Of a DNA stretch of 64,000 nt, positions 1 to 12,149 are shown in pieces. The position numbers and the translations under genes were made by a program. Each line of letters opens with the position of its first letter. Positions within the stretch are counted from its first letter, which is position 1. The notes under the pieces were generated by a model. The model did not search any database and had not been told where the DNA came from. It was given only the letters and a program-made list of their open reading frames with translations. This DNA comes from Octopus sinensis (lineage: Eukaryota), in NCBI RefSeq assembly GCF_006345805.1, contig NC_043016.1, positions 15,252,001 through 15,316,000 of the forward strand, written 5' to 3'.

Positions 1-127
1 TTATATTTATATTTACTCGTATTTATATTCTTTTTTATATATATTCTAATTATTATACAACATTACTCTTTTATGTACACTTTTTTATGTACATTGCTTT
101 ATGTACACTGATTGTTCTGCTTTTTAT

Positions 128-229
128 ATTTAACCCTACAGTCTCTATGTGGTGGTTTAATAAGTATGTGATTGAGTATTATCTGGTAATTGATATTTGA
201 TTTAGATGTATTTCTCCATTTTCTTATCT

Positions 230-266
<37 letters not shown>

Positions 267-441
267 GTATATATATGTATATATATATATATATATATAT
301 AAATATGCATTATATATATATATATATATAATATATACAAGATAAGAAAATGGAGAAATACATCTAAATCAAATATCAATTACCAGATAATACTCAATCA
401 CATACTTTATTAAACCACCACATAAGAGTGTAGGGTTAAAT
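128..441. repeat. Long inverted repeat: ~104-bp arms (128-231, 338-441) around an (AT)n spacer
   Basis: Reverse complement of 338-441 matches 128-231 with about 3 differences (atttaaccctaca...ttttcttatcttg). Confidence 0.95.
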
Positions 442-786
442 AATGTATATATACATATATATACATATTATATATATAATATATATATATATATATACAT
501 ATATATACATATATATACATATATATATATGTATATATATATATACATATGTGTATGTATACATATGTGTATATATGTATACACATGTGTTATATATACA
601 TATATTATATATATAATATATGACAGACTACACTGAGGAGTTACAAATACTTGCATTTTGCATTTGGAAGTATTAATAATGAAATCATGATATGTAGGTA
701 ATCGTTTTATTTTGTATGTTTTCATTTGTCTTGCTTATTTCTTACCATTGTACATAGATACAAGTAGATACATGTATATCTATATA

Positions 787-1510
787 TCATCATTATCTGC
801 CTCATCATCATTTTAACGTCTGTTGTCCATGCTGGTATGTGTTGGATGGTTTGACCAGAGCTGGCAAGCTGTAAGGCTGCACCAGGCTCCAGTCTAATAT
901 GGCATGGTTCCTATCGTTGGATGCCCTTCCTAATGCCAACCACTCCAAGAGTGTAATGAGTGCTTTTACATGCCACCAGCATAGGTACCATTTGCATGAC
1001 ACCAGCATCTGCCACACCTGCGATTTTACTTGATGGCTTTTCTTGTCAAACACATCATAATGCCAAAGGTCTTGGTCATTCATCTGTGAGGTCCAACACT
1101 CAAGAGGAGCTTTTCATGTGCCACCAGCATCAGCCACTTTGCCTCTATGTGGCCCAATGCTCAAAAGGTACTTTTTGCACACCACCAGCACGGATGCCAG
1201 TTATGTGACTCCAGCATCAGCCATGACTATGAGTTCACTCGACTTGATAGATCTCCTCAAGCACAGCATATCACTGAAGGTCTCAGTCACTAGTCATTGC
1301 CTCTGTGAGGCCCAGCATTCGAAGACCATGCTTCATCACTTCGTCCCATGTCTTCCTGGGTTTCCTTCTTCCATAGATTCCTTCCGCTAGTAGAGATCAG
1401 CACTTCTTCACACAGCTGTTCACATCCATACACATCACATGACCATACCAATGCAATCGTCTCTCTTGCGCAGCACATCTGATGCATCTTATACTCAACT
1501 TTTCTCTCAT
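787..1510 (-). mobile_element. RTE-clade LINE 3' end (RT C-terminus, 3'UTR, (GAT)n tail), degraded
   Basis: Minus strand reads ERRLHWYGHVMCMD..SCVKKC..PRKTWDEVMKHGLRMLGLTEAMTSD, then the shared 3'UTR ending ...gacgttaaaatgatgatg. Confidence 0.85.
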
Positions 1511-1511
1511 T

Positions 1512-1569
1512 TGTATGTATGTATGTATGTATGTATGTATGTATCTATCTATCTATCTATCTATCTATC

Positions 1570-1627
<58 letters not shown>

Positions 1628-1630
1628 TAG
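1512..1630. repeat. Compound microsatellite (TATG)n(CTAT)n(AGAT)n
   Basis: Read directly; the CTAT and AGAT blocks are reverse complements meeting at 1570/1571. Confidence 0.95.
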
Positions 1631-1640
1631 ATACATAAGT

Positions 1641-2037
1641 AGGTGCAAGTGTAGCTGTGTGGTAAGAAACTTGCTTATGAACCACATGGCTCCGGGTTCA
1701 GTCCCACTTCGTGGCACCTTGGGCACGTGTCTTCTACTGTAGCTTCAGGTTGACCAAAGCCTTGTGAGTGGATTTGGTAGATGGAAACTGAAAGAAGCCC
1801 GCCATATATATATGTATGTGTATGTGTGTCTGTGTTTGTTCCCCCACCATCACTCAACAACTGATGTTGGTGAGTTTACATCCCCATAACTTAGTGGCTT
1901 GGTAAATGAGACCTATAAAATAAGTACTAGGCTTACAAAGAATAAGTCCTGGGGTTGGTTTGTTCAACTAAAGGTGGTGCCCCAGCATGGCTGCAGTCAA
2001 ATGACTGAAACAAGTAAAAAAAAAAAGAATAAAAGAA
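1641..2037 (+). mobile_element. tRNA-derived SINE (family A), near full length, central (AT)/(GT) microsatellite
   Basis: Head gctgtgtggtaag..ccgggttcagtccc (A/B-box-like) and tail gcagtcaaatgactgaaacaagtaaaa; homologous to 10495-10917 and 30820-31215. Confidence 0.85.
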
Positions 2038-2989
2038 TATATATACATACACATAAATATATATGTATGTGTGTCTGTGTGTGTATGTATATGGACTGAA
2101 ATGCCTGGTGATATGAGGTTCTTTAGAGGACCCACCCAATTTATGAAAACTGAAAGAAATTTTTCATACACCCCATCCCAACAGACCAAACTATATCTCT
2201 TCTCTTCCTCACTATTTTTTTCTTTCTCATGCACTATGCTTATCTCTCCCTCCCGACTCCTGCAGCCCAATCCTGTCCTCTCTGCCCTGCCCAATGTGTC
2301 ATTACCATCCTGTTGTCCTCCACTCCTCTTTGCGTTCATGAGAGCCATACTTGGCACCCATGGCAATATTCTACCATCCCATTTATATTCTCATCCCTGT
2401 ACCTTGAGACTACCCTCTACCACATCACCACCATCTCTCCCTCTTGTTCTGTCTTGCACTCTTTTATTCTCTCTCTCATTCTTGACCACTCTCTCTGTCT
2501 CTCTCTTTCTCTCTCTCTCTCACTTTCTCTGCCTCTGACTCTTGGTAGTTGCTGTTGTGAAAGAGGTAGTATGGAAGACATGAGTGAAAGGAATTGCAAG
2601 AGGCACGTTCATCTCCAGTCTCGAGCTAATCGACTTTTTCGTTTTCCACATGAAACAGAAAATAGGGCCAGAGAAGAAATGCCTGTCGCAAAGTGTGTTT
2701 TGTAAAAGATGGAAGTATATAACAAGTATGTTGCGAGTGAAAGAACCCATTTAAATGAGAATATAAAAAGGAGAAAGCAAAGTCTTCAGTGTGAGTATGT
2801 GGTTTGTGGGGTCGACTGCGTCTTCTGCTTCTCTTTTTGTTAATCACTCATTCTCATTTAATCGTATATATTTCAATTGTTTGTTTATTCATACGTTTCT
2901 TCTCATTCGATACCCTGACCCCCAATGTTTGTTTTGCCTATCCTCGTATCTTCCCCTCTTTTTCTCAACCTCATGGTTAATAAAGAAAT

Positions 2990-3843
2990 TGTCTGGGTAA
3001 CCATGTATCTCCTCTACAGCAAGACACCTATTTCTCTCCCTCCATCACAATCTAAAATCTCACCACCTGGCACAAGGCTACATCGTCCAACACTGCCATC
3101 TCAGTCTTTGTCTTGCAAGCTACTCGGTGACTGCATCGGTGCTCGTACCACATAAAGAGCATCCAATCCACACAATAAAGTGGTTGGTGTTTATAAGGGC
3201 AACCAGCTGTGAAAACAGTAACAAAGCTGGTCTTGGTGCTGTATATGAACACACAGGCCCATCTGTAAAATGGTTGGCATTATGAAGGGCTCTGTCTCCC
3301 CACCTCACTCTCTCTTTCTCCCTCCCTCTCTTTCTCCTTCTCTCTCTTTCTCCAGCTCTCTATTTCTCTTTCTCTCTCCCTCTCTCTCTTTCTCCCCCTT
3401 CTCTCCCTGACCAGGTAACCATGTACCTCCTCTACAACAACACACCTGTTTCTATCCCTCTGCCACACTCTAATCTTTCATCATCTGACACAAGATCACT
3501 TCCTCCAATGCCCCATTCCCCTCTCAAAGGATCTTTGTCTTGCAAGTTAATTGGTGACCTTGCCAGTGCTGATGCATCCAGTCCACACTGTAAAGTGGTT
3601 GGCATTTGGAAGGGCATCCAGCTGTAAAAACCTTGCCAAAACTGACCTCGCATGTACTTGTGCCATGTAAAAAGCACTAAGTCCACTCTACTGTGTGGTT
3701 GTTGTTAGGAAGGGCATCCAGCTGTAAAAACCATGCTAAAACAGACACTGAAGCCCGTGCAGTCTTCTGCCTAGCTACCTCCAGTCAAAAATGTCCAATC
3801 CATACCACCATGGAAAGTGGAGATTAAACGATGATGATGATGA
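2990..3843 (+). mobile_element. Two copies of a C-rich repeat (ggtaaccatgtatctcctctacagcaagacacc...) running into the RTE-type 3' tail
   Basis: Same body recurs at ~17960-18453, ~20890-21310, ~60000-60340 and inverted near 28880-29040. Confidence 0.75.
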
Positions 3844-3866
3844 TATATTTATATATATATATTTAA

Positions 3867-3946
<80 letters not shown>

Positions 3947-4047
3947 GACATACACACATGCACACATATACACACACGCAGACACACACACACACATATA
4001 TAAATTTTCTATCTTTTATCTTGGAGAATTGTATGTGCAAGATACAA

Positions 4048-4193
4048 TTGCATTAGGAAGGGCATCCAGCTGTAGAAAACACTACCAGATCTGACTGGCC
4101 TGGTGCAGCCTTTGGGCTTCCCAGACCCCAGGTTGAACCGTCCAACCCATGCTAGCATGGAAAGCGGACGTTAAACAATGATGATCATGATGT
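4048..4193 (+). mobile_element. 5'-truncated RTE 3' tail followed by (AT)n
   Basis: ggaagggcatccagctgtag...ccaacccatgctagcatggaaagcggacgttaaacaatgatgat. Confidence 0.85.
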
Positions 4194-4198
4194 TTATA

Positions 4199-4264
<66 letters not shown>

Positions 4265-4274
4265 TATAAACATA

Positions 4275-4525
4275 GGTGCAAGCATGACATGTGGTAAGAA
4301 GTTTGCTTCCCAACCACATGGTTCTGGGGTCAGTCTCACTGCATGGCATCTTGAGCAAGTGATTGGAATTGGTAGACGGAAACTGTAGGAAGCTCATCAT
4401 GTGTGTGCGTGTGTGTGTTCATGTATGTTTGCATCCCTCTAACTTAGCAGTCTGGTAAAAGGTTAATGGAATATGTATCATGCTTTACAAAAAAATAATA
4501 ATTACCAGCGTTGATTTGTTCAACT
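4275..4525 (+). mobile_element. SINE family A, degraded
   Basis: gtggtaagaagtttgcttcccaaccacatggttctggggtcagtc head homology. Confidence 0.75.
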
Positions 4526-5619
4526 ACAATTCTCCAAGATAAAAGATAGAAAATTTATATATGTGTGTGTGTGTGTGTGTGCATGTAGGTGTGCGTGTGT
4601 ATGTGTGTGTGTGCATGTAGGTGTGTGTGTGTGTCTGTATGTATATATATATAAGTTAAATAAAGTTAAAACATAGTCTGGTTTTCATGTTTTTTATTAT
4701 AGTATTTTAACATTAAAAAAATATTTTGTAATATTCATAAAGTTCAATTAGCACTTTCATACATTTGTAGTAATCATCAGATTTCAAATGTTTTTAACCG
4801 ACAGTGGGTTCTTGACAACAATAATATATACATATTATATATATATATATTATATATATATATATATATATAATATATATATATATATATTATATATTAG
4901 TGTTCTGAAGGGCACCCAGCTGTAGGAACTTTACCAGATCAGATTCTGGCTCGTTAGCCCTCGGTCAAGCCATCCAAACCATGCCAGCATGGAAAGTGAA
5001 CGTTAAATTACAATGGATGATGATGATGATGATATATATATATATATATATATATAAATTAAAACAAAGATATAAAATCGTCTTAAATCCTCATACAAAA
5101 ATAGTATATATGTGTGTGTTTATGTGCATGCACACACACATACAACAGGTTTCTTTGGAATTAGCTGATTGGCCACACAGCTGTTTGGTCAGTGGTGATT
5201 AAGTGAGATTTGATATGGCAGCCTGGATATTGCTCCTGTTTTGGCTATGACTTTTTTGATAACTAGTTTTTGGCACTGCAGACAAACACACATACATGCA
5301 AAGCATGCAGAAATATACACATTGTATGGGAAGGAGAGAAGGAGAGTGAGAGAGAGAGATTACTGTTTATTAATTGAACAGAACTGACATTAAAACTTTC
5401 TCCTTCCACACATAAAGAGAAATAGGTGTACAGAGAGAGGAAGGAAGAGGGATAGTACAAGAGAAACATTAAAATGTATAAAATGTCTCCTATTGCTACA
5501 AATCTCACCTCGCCTCTTCTCATATGCATAAAGGAAAACCTGACGTAGACATTAACCGAGTGAGAGAGAGGTTTGTGGCAATGAAAGTCACGTAATACTT
5601 CTTAATATTTCTCTCTCTT

Positions 5620-5654
<35 letters not shown>

Positions 5655-5991
5655 GATTTTTTCTGCTCACAGAAAATTTAAATTCACAGTCAGCTCTACA
5701 GAAGTCCATTATGAGGAAATTTTTCCTTTCCATATTTCATCAGCATTTCACATACATAAAGTGAAGCAGAAAGCTAAGCAGAGTTTAGTAGTCCAGTAGT
5801 TTAGTAATTGAGATTACAAATTAGTTGTCAACTAGAATAAAAAAACAAAAATTTTCACAATTCCTAAGGATTCCATGAGTAAAACATTTGATGCCAAATA
5901 ACTCAGCATTGAATCAACAATTCAAAATAAGCAGCACCAAATGCATGTCAAAATGACTCACAGACTGGTTTCAGTTTTCATGTACTAAATC

Positions 5992-6350
5992 TGCTCACAA
6001 GACTTTGGTTGACTTCAAGGCTGTAGTAGAAGATACATGCCCAAGGTGCCATGCAGTGGGACAGAACCGGGAGCCACATGATTGGGAAGTGAGTTTCTTA
6101 ACCACAGAGCTACTCCTGCACTTTATTACAAAATGATCATTGCTTCTAATATAGGCAGAAGACCTCAAATTTGTGTGTTGGGGGGTAGTCAATTAAATAG
6201 GCTCCAATACTTGAGACTGGTACTTAATTTATCAACTCCGAAAGGAGGAAAGGCAAAGCTGACCCCAGAGGAATTTGAATTCAGAATGTAAAGTCAAACA
6301 AAATGCCACAAAGCGTTTTGTTTGCTGTGCTAACGATTCTGTTACTTGCC
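5992..6350 (-). mobile_element. SINE family A head (5992-6120) plus SINE family B (6140-6350), both on the minus strand
   Basis: Family B carries the core ctttcctcctttcggagttgataaattaagtaccag (reverse complement), also seen at 30140-30575, 44390, 46990 and 54340. It resembles the Deu/Nin SINE domain (from memory, unverified). Confidence 0.7.
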
Positions 6351-6789
6351 AGCTTACTTTATTACAAAGTAGTGCAAAAATGTAAATAACTATGTATGTG
6401 TGTCTCTAATACCTTGTAGTACCTCACAATGATTCTAAAAAAAAAAAAAAAATCATAATGGGAGAATGCTATACTTTCATACAGTTTCCCTCTGATGAAT
6501 TTCACTCACAAGACATTGGCAAAATTCAATACTACGGCATGAAGTGGAATGGAACCTGAAATCATGCAGTTACAAAACAAACTTCATAAATACATTGCTA
6601 TGCCTTGGCTATAAAAGGTGTTTGGGCTAAAGCTGACAGTTTACAGAAAAGGAGGGGAAAAAAAAACATAATACCCCATCCAAAAATAAGAGTATTTAAA
6701 AAAATATCAACTGTCCAACCCATGCTAGCATGGAAAGCAGACGTTAAACAACGACAATGATGATGATGATTATGGTTAGGAAATAATAG

Positions 6790-7235
6790 TTTACTCAAAG
6801 TAGATGCCCTCAGCTTCCACCATGACCTCAAGACAGCTCTGGAACTTGGCGCATTCATTTCTCACTGTGTCTCTGGGAAGATCTTTGAATACCTTGATCT
6901 TGGCCATTGGCTCAGACTTGGTGTTAACAGTAGAGCAGTTGGTGTCTTTGTCAACTGTGCCCCACACATAGTAATCCATGGTATTATAATCAGGACAATT
7001 AGGGGCTAGAAATTGGGGATGGTGAAGTTCCCAACAACTACTTCTGACTCTTTCCGGAGATATGGCAAGGAGCTGAATCCTGCTACCACATGTTATGACC
7101 TTCTAGCAGCAACTCTTTCTGGCCTGTGATTGATCACAATCTCCAGCAGCTTCACTGAGCTGCCTGAATTGAGCATTAGGCCCTATTCAAAGACGTGGGG
7201 GTGAATTCTGGAGTGTGGACACAATAAGAATGCCT
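6790..7235 (-). mobile_element. Tc1/mariner (maT/DD37D-like) transposase C-terminal relic
   Basis: ORF 6791-6979 MDYYVWGTVDKDTN...FQSCLEVMVEAEGIYFE is preceded by a decayed WPPNSPD-like motif (LAPNCPD). Confidence 0.8.
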
Positions 7236-8529
7236 GTTATATACATTTTTAAAGAGAGTGAGAGAGAGTGGGGGAAGCAGAGGAAGGAAGAGAGAGAGAG
7301 AGACACACACACAAACTTGTAATTGGAAAAGCATAGAAGTATAAAGCAGAAGAAAAAAAAAAGAAAAACAAAGAATCGTAAATTGAAGATAATTATATCA
7401 AAAGAAGAAAAGGAAGAGAATTTAACATTTCAGTTGATACTGTTTTCTATAAAGATGATACTTTTATCAAAATTAAAAAAAGGGGTTGCAATGCAATACT
7501 GACCCTGAAAATAATTGAACTTAGAATGTGAAATAGAATACTTGTGATACAAATTGCAAAATTTGCATCAGATTATTATTAGTCTCATTATTATTGTTTC
7601 TTTCATTTGCCACTGAGGCAATAACGAGATGATTAACATGATGAGCATAAAGCGTGAGGCTACATGAAAAAATTGAACTCACAAATTCCTGGAATTATAT
7701 ATGTAGCTGTGGCTAAAAGCACAAGTGTGGCTGTGTGATAAGAAGAAGCTTGCTTCCCAAACCACATGGCTCTGCATTCAGTCCCACTATGAGGTGCCTT
7801 GGGCAAGTGTCTTCTACTATAACTCTGAGCCAACTAAATCCTTGTGAGTAGATTTTGCAGAAATAGACCGAAAGTCATGTTGTAGAATTTCTATATTTCT
7901 GTCTTGACATAAAATTCCTGCTTATTTTTTATTCTTTCATTGTCTACTGACGTCATCAAAAATTAAATACTAAACTGGCTTTTCTTAGGATATTATATTT
8001 CTTCTTAACATTCTTTCTTTTTGTACGCATTCATCTATTAGAGATATTTTCTCAGTTCACTTTGAATTTAATTAATTTCATATTGCCTTGATAACAATGT
8101 ATTAGCTTATACTTTCAGATATATTAATTCGACTGTGTCTAATTCGATATATTAATTCGACTGTATTAATTTTCTGTGTCTAAATATGCTGGCATAATAA
8201 AAACAATCATTGATTAAGTACGGTTTAATCACCAATTAAAGATGTGATTTTCTCCATTCTTGTTCATGCTGTCATATACTCTGAGTTTCTTGAAAATCTT
8301 CTAAGTGATATTTGGATTAACCTGTCATACATGACGAATTACCTTCAATGTTTATTGTACTTGTATTTATTAGTATCTCATTGCTTTATGTAGTTAAACA
8401 GGTTTGTTTAACACTGAGGGCTTTATTGATATCTGTCTGGATTTATTAATCCTTTTTACTTATCATGTGCTTATTCTGCTTATTGTGAGTGCTACTGGAT
8501 TACTTCAATCTATATATTGTGACTTAATA

Positions 8530-8703
8530 TACATTATTTACGTTATTTACATTGGACGGATAAAAAAAATTTTTTGTAAAAACACCTTAGGAATGAGAAC
8601 CCAGGGCTGGGTTCAAACTTCCACCAGGACACCTGATGAAGGCTGGAGAGTAAATCAGCCGAAAAATTGTGCTAACAACAAACAAATAATGTACAGAATT
8701 ACT
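8530..8703 (+). mobile_element. Short element with tacattattt/aaataatgta inverted ends containing a hammerhead-like motif
   Basis: Termini match the inverted repeat at 10921-11039. CTGATGA at 8633-8639, GGCTG/CAGCC stem, GAAA at 8661-8664. Confidence 0.65.
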
Positions 8704-9369
8704 CCAGTCAGAATTGAGGCAACTGCAGCATAGATCAAAGTCCTTTTATCTGGCAGTATTATTAAAATTTGTGAAACTGTGAAACCAATGTAGTTAATGT
8801 AATAAAATCTTTTTAAAGTGCATTTTCAATTTTTTTTTCTGTATATATATTTCTACTCATGTGAAAAATCTCATTTTCCTTTATGTGTGGATGTATTTAT
8901 GTATGTTTAGGTGTATGGATGAACAGATGGACAGATGTCCGTGTGTTGCATAAATGTTTATACACCATTAGAAGGCATGAAGCTGCGGAATTGTCTGAGA
9001 TAAAATCTCTTTGTAGACTCGTTGCATTAAAAGTACAAAATATGTTGGAGCAAGATGAATGGCTGCGGTGATTCATGATAACAACAGATGTGTTTCATGT
9101 TTCTTGAAGTCTATCAATGCTATGAACACAATTTTCACCTTTTTGAATGAAATCCATGCAAATTTGATGCCATAACAATTGTGTATTCTGAGATTCTACA
9201 CAACCCATTAAGCTTCCACAATACCAGAAGTATTCACTGTTTCCTTTTTTTACTCAAATGGCTTGGAGTCTGTCTGGAAGCTGCAGGTAATTTTTGTGAC
9301 CAGTGGAGGAGGTTGTACAGAAAGTGTAATTGTTAGAATAAGAATAGGCTGGAGAAAGTTCAAAGAGCT

Positions 9370-9392
9370 TTTATCTCTGCTGGCAACCAAAG

Positions 9393-9423
<31 letters not shown>

Positions 9424-9799
9424 TGAGTGAAGGGAGATAGTATGTTGTATGTGTACAAACAGTGATGCTGCAAGGTAGTGAGACATGGGCCCTGAATGTG
9501 GAGGACATGCAAAGACTAGGGAGGAATGAAGATGGTATAATTTGCTGAATGTGCAATGCCAGTGTGCATGTGCTTGGGTGTGAGAGGAATTAGATGCAGT
9601 GTGCAAGAAACAAAGCCAAAACAGATTATGGAACCTGGCGTGGCCCCTGACTTTGCCATTCCTACCAAGCCACCCAACCCATACCAGTATGGGAAATGGA
9701 CGTTAAATGTTGATGACGGTGGTGGTGGTAGTGGTGGCAGCGGCAAAAGTGGCGGTGGTTTTGGTGATGGTGGTGATGGTGATGATGATGATGATGATA

Positions 9800-9845
<46 letters not shown>
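9370..9845 (+). mobile_element. RTE RT fragment plus tail expanded into (GGT)n(GAT)n
   Basis: Reads VCVQTVMLQGSETWALNVEDMQRL; tail gacgttaaatgttgatgac then trinucleotide runs at 9715-9845. Confidence 0.8.
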
Positions 9846-10494
9846 ACAATGCAATGAACATGTGTCCACCAAAATATCATCTTAACTAAACAATTAAATA
9901 CACCTGTTAATGCAGCCCAGAAAGTTATGTTTCACATGTTTGTGAGTTGTGTGTGTGTGTGTGTATGTGTGTACGTGTGTATGTTTATTCCACCATCAGA
10001 ACACTCAAAGGTAGATCAGGATAGATTGTGGGATGCTAGTACAGAGAGGATATGAGCCGTGTACAAGAAGTAAAACGGGAGCCTCAGCCAAACTTTCTAT
10101 GGACAAAGAATAAAAGGACAAACTCTTCTTTCCACTGTTTATTTTAATCTTTATTTTCTCAACAACCGTTTCAACAACTCAGTCAATAATATATTCTCCT
10201 CCATTGTTCATGACTTTTTGCCAATGTTCCACTGGCTTATCAATATCTTGACAGGAGGAATTACTGGGTCATGACTCAAAGAATTCATTAAGTCATGTTT
10301 TCAGTTGCATGTCATTGTTGATTGAAATGTCTTACAATCTGTTGAGGAATGTCTGAAAAATATGGTAATCTGAAAGTGCTATATTAAGAAGAATTTGTGA
10401 GTGTAGTGGCGTTCTTGGATAGCATTTTTTTGTCAAATTAGTAACAAGCATTGTCATACAGTTCTATGTTTAAGAGATGAGGAATTATGTAAAT

Positions 10495-10705
10495 TACTCT
10501 TTACTCTTTTACTTGTTTCAGTCATTTGACTGCTGCCATGCTGGAGCACCGCCTTTTAGTCGAGCAAATCGACCCCGGGACTTATTCTTTGTAAGCCCAG
10601 TACTTATTCTATTGGTCTCTTTTGCCGAACTGCTAAGTGTCGGGGACATAAACACACCAGCATCGGTTGTCAAGCAATGCTAGGGGGACAAACACAGGCA
10701 CACAA

Positions 10706-10745
<40 letters not shown>

Positions 10746-10917
10746 ATATATACGACAGGCTTCTTTCAGTTTCCGTCTACCAAATCCACTCATAAGGCAT
10801 TGGTCGGCCCGGGGCTATAGCAGAAGACACTTGCCCAAGATGCCATGCAGTGGGACTAAACCCTGAACCTTGTGGTTGGTTAGCAAGCCACTTACCACAC
10901 AGCCACTCCTGCGCCTA
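10495..10917 (-). mobile_element. SINE family A, young full-length copy
   Basis: Complete head to tail on the minus strand with CpGs retained (gtcgagcaaatcgaccccggg). Confidence 0.9.
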
Positions 10918-10920
10918 TAT

Positions 10921-11039
10921 TTACATTATTTACATTTGACAGATATTTGTCCTCATCTTGTTAACTAGCTTATCAATACCTTGACAGGAGGAATTGTTTG
11001 TTGATGAGGACAAATATCTGTCAAATGTAAATAATGTAA
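10921..11039. repeat. Perfect 37-bp inverted repeat with 45-nt spacer
   Basis: 10921-10957 (ttacattatttacatttgacagatatttgtcctcatc) is the exact reverse complement of 11003-11039. Confidence 0.95.
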
Positions 11040-12149
11040 AAGCGTTGTCATGTTGAAGAAGCATGTAATGTTGCAGGTTTGGGCCATTTCAGCTGGATTG
11101 CTCATCGAATAAAGATGATGGGTAATGGTGTCTTGAAAGTATCCCATCTACTGGCCCATTTCTCCAATGGATTGGCATGAGTCCACGTGGATAAACTGAT
11201 TCGATCCATTCTCATCGAACTGGACAGGTCAGTCATAATGCGGAGAGTCTGGGAGTTCAATTTTTCCTCTTCATGAAACATGGAAACCATTTCAGTGCAG
11301 TTCTTTCAGTTATCTATCTATCTAGGTCGTCCCACAGGACACCCCTAATATTCCTAGTTAGATGGAAACTGCAGGACCACATGGAAGCAGCGCCCTGTGA
11401 CCCCTATGTGTAACTGAAACCCCTATAACCCCTTTCAGTTAGAATGCCCTCTTTATACACGACACAGATATCACGAGTGGCTTTGGTGATTTTGGGACCT
11501 CGACTGCAAACGTAGAGAAGCAGGTGTTGAAAAGATTCTTTTTATTTTCCTACTTGGCATTCCATCATCATTGTCTCAAAAGATATTAAAGGAATTCAAA
11601 TTTCAAAGACGATAAACAAAAGTTGTAGGGGAAAAAATAGAGCTACAAAAAAAAGAAACAAACAAAGCACAACAATAAAAATATTTTTCATCTTAATTCA
11701 AATAACATTTGGAAGAAATGAATGAATTTATTTGGCAACCCAATATCTGAGGTGGTCAGAATGTGTAATTCAATAATTAAGCTTAAACTAGTTATAAAGA
11801 ATATGACTGCTAATGCATCTCAGTCAGCACTGGCAGGTGAACAGAAGGACCACTATTATGAGACCTTTGTACATGCAACTCTCATAACAAATGGCAGTAA
11901 CTGCACTACTACACCTGGAAATCTTAATAGACATGTTGGAAGACAACAAGAGAATTTCTTTGGAGATTATGGTTGCAGTATGAGTAGTGAGGAAGGCTCC
12001 TGGTGTTCTGTGATGCAAGTTAATTGTCAGTCATATGACCACCTCTCAATCAAGTGAACAGATAGATTTTACTCGCACCAGATAAAGAGATAAACAGAAA
12101 GCTATAAATGCTGTATCCTTTCTTGGTGAGAGATGTACTAAAGCAAAAT

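Larger units (their letters stand above)
10120..11320 (-). mobile_element. Mariner transposase relic interrupted by a SINE and a hairpin element
   Basis: C-terminal SDYHIF...WQKVMNNGGEYIID at 10190-10400; N-terminal ITERTALKWF...DTITHHLYSM at 11050-11320. Confidence 0.75.

Noticed and set aside
2549-2791. CpG-containing exon-like segment with acceptor and GTGAGT donor
   Set aside because: Stops in all three frames and no recognisable homology; cannot be supported without transcripts.
9516-9889. Poly-D, poly-H, poly-S and poly-M ORFs
   Set aside because: Translations of the (GGT)n(GAT)n microsatellite tail.
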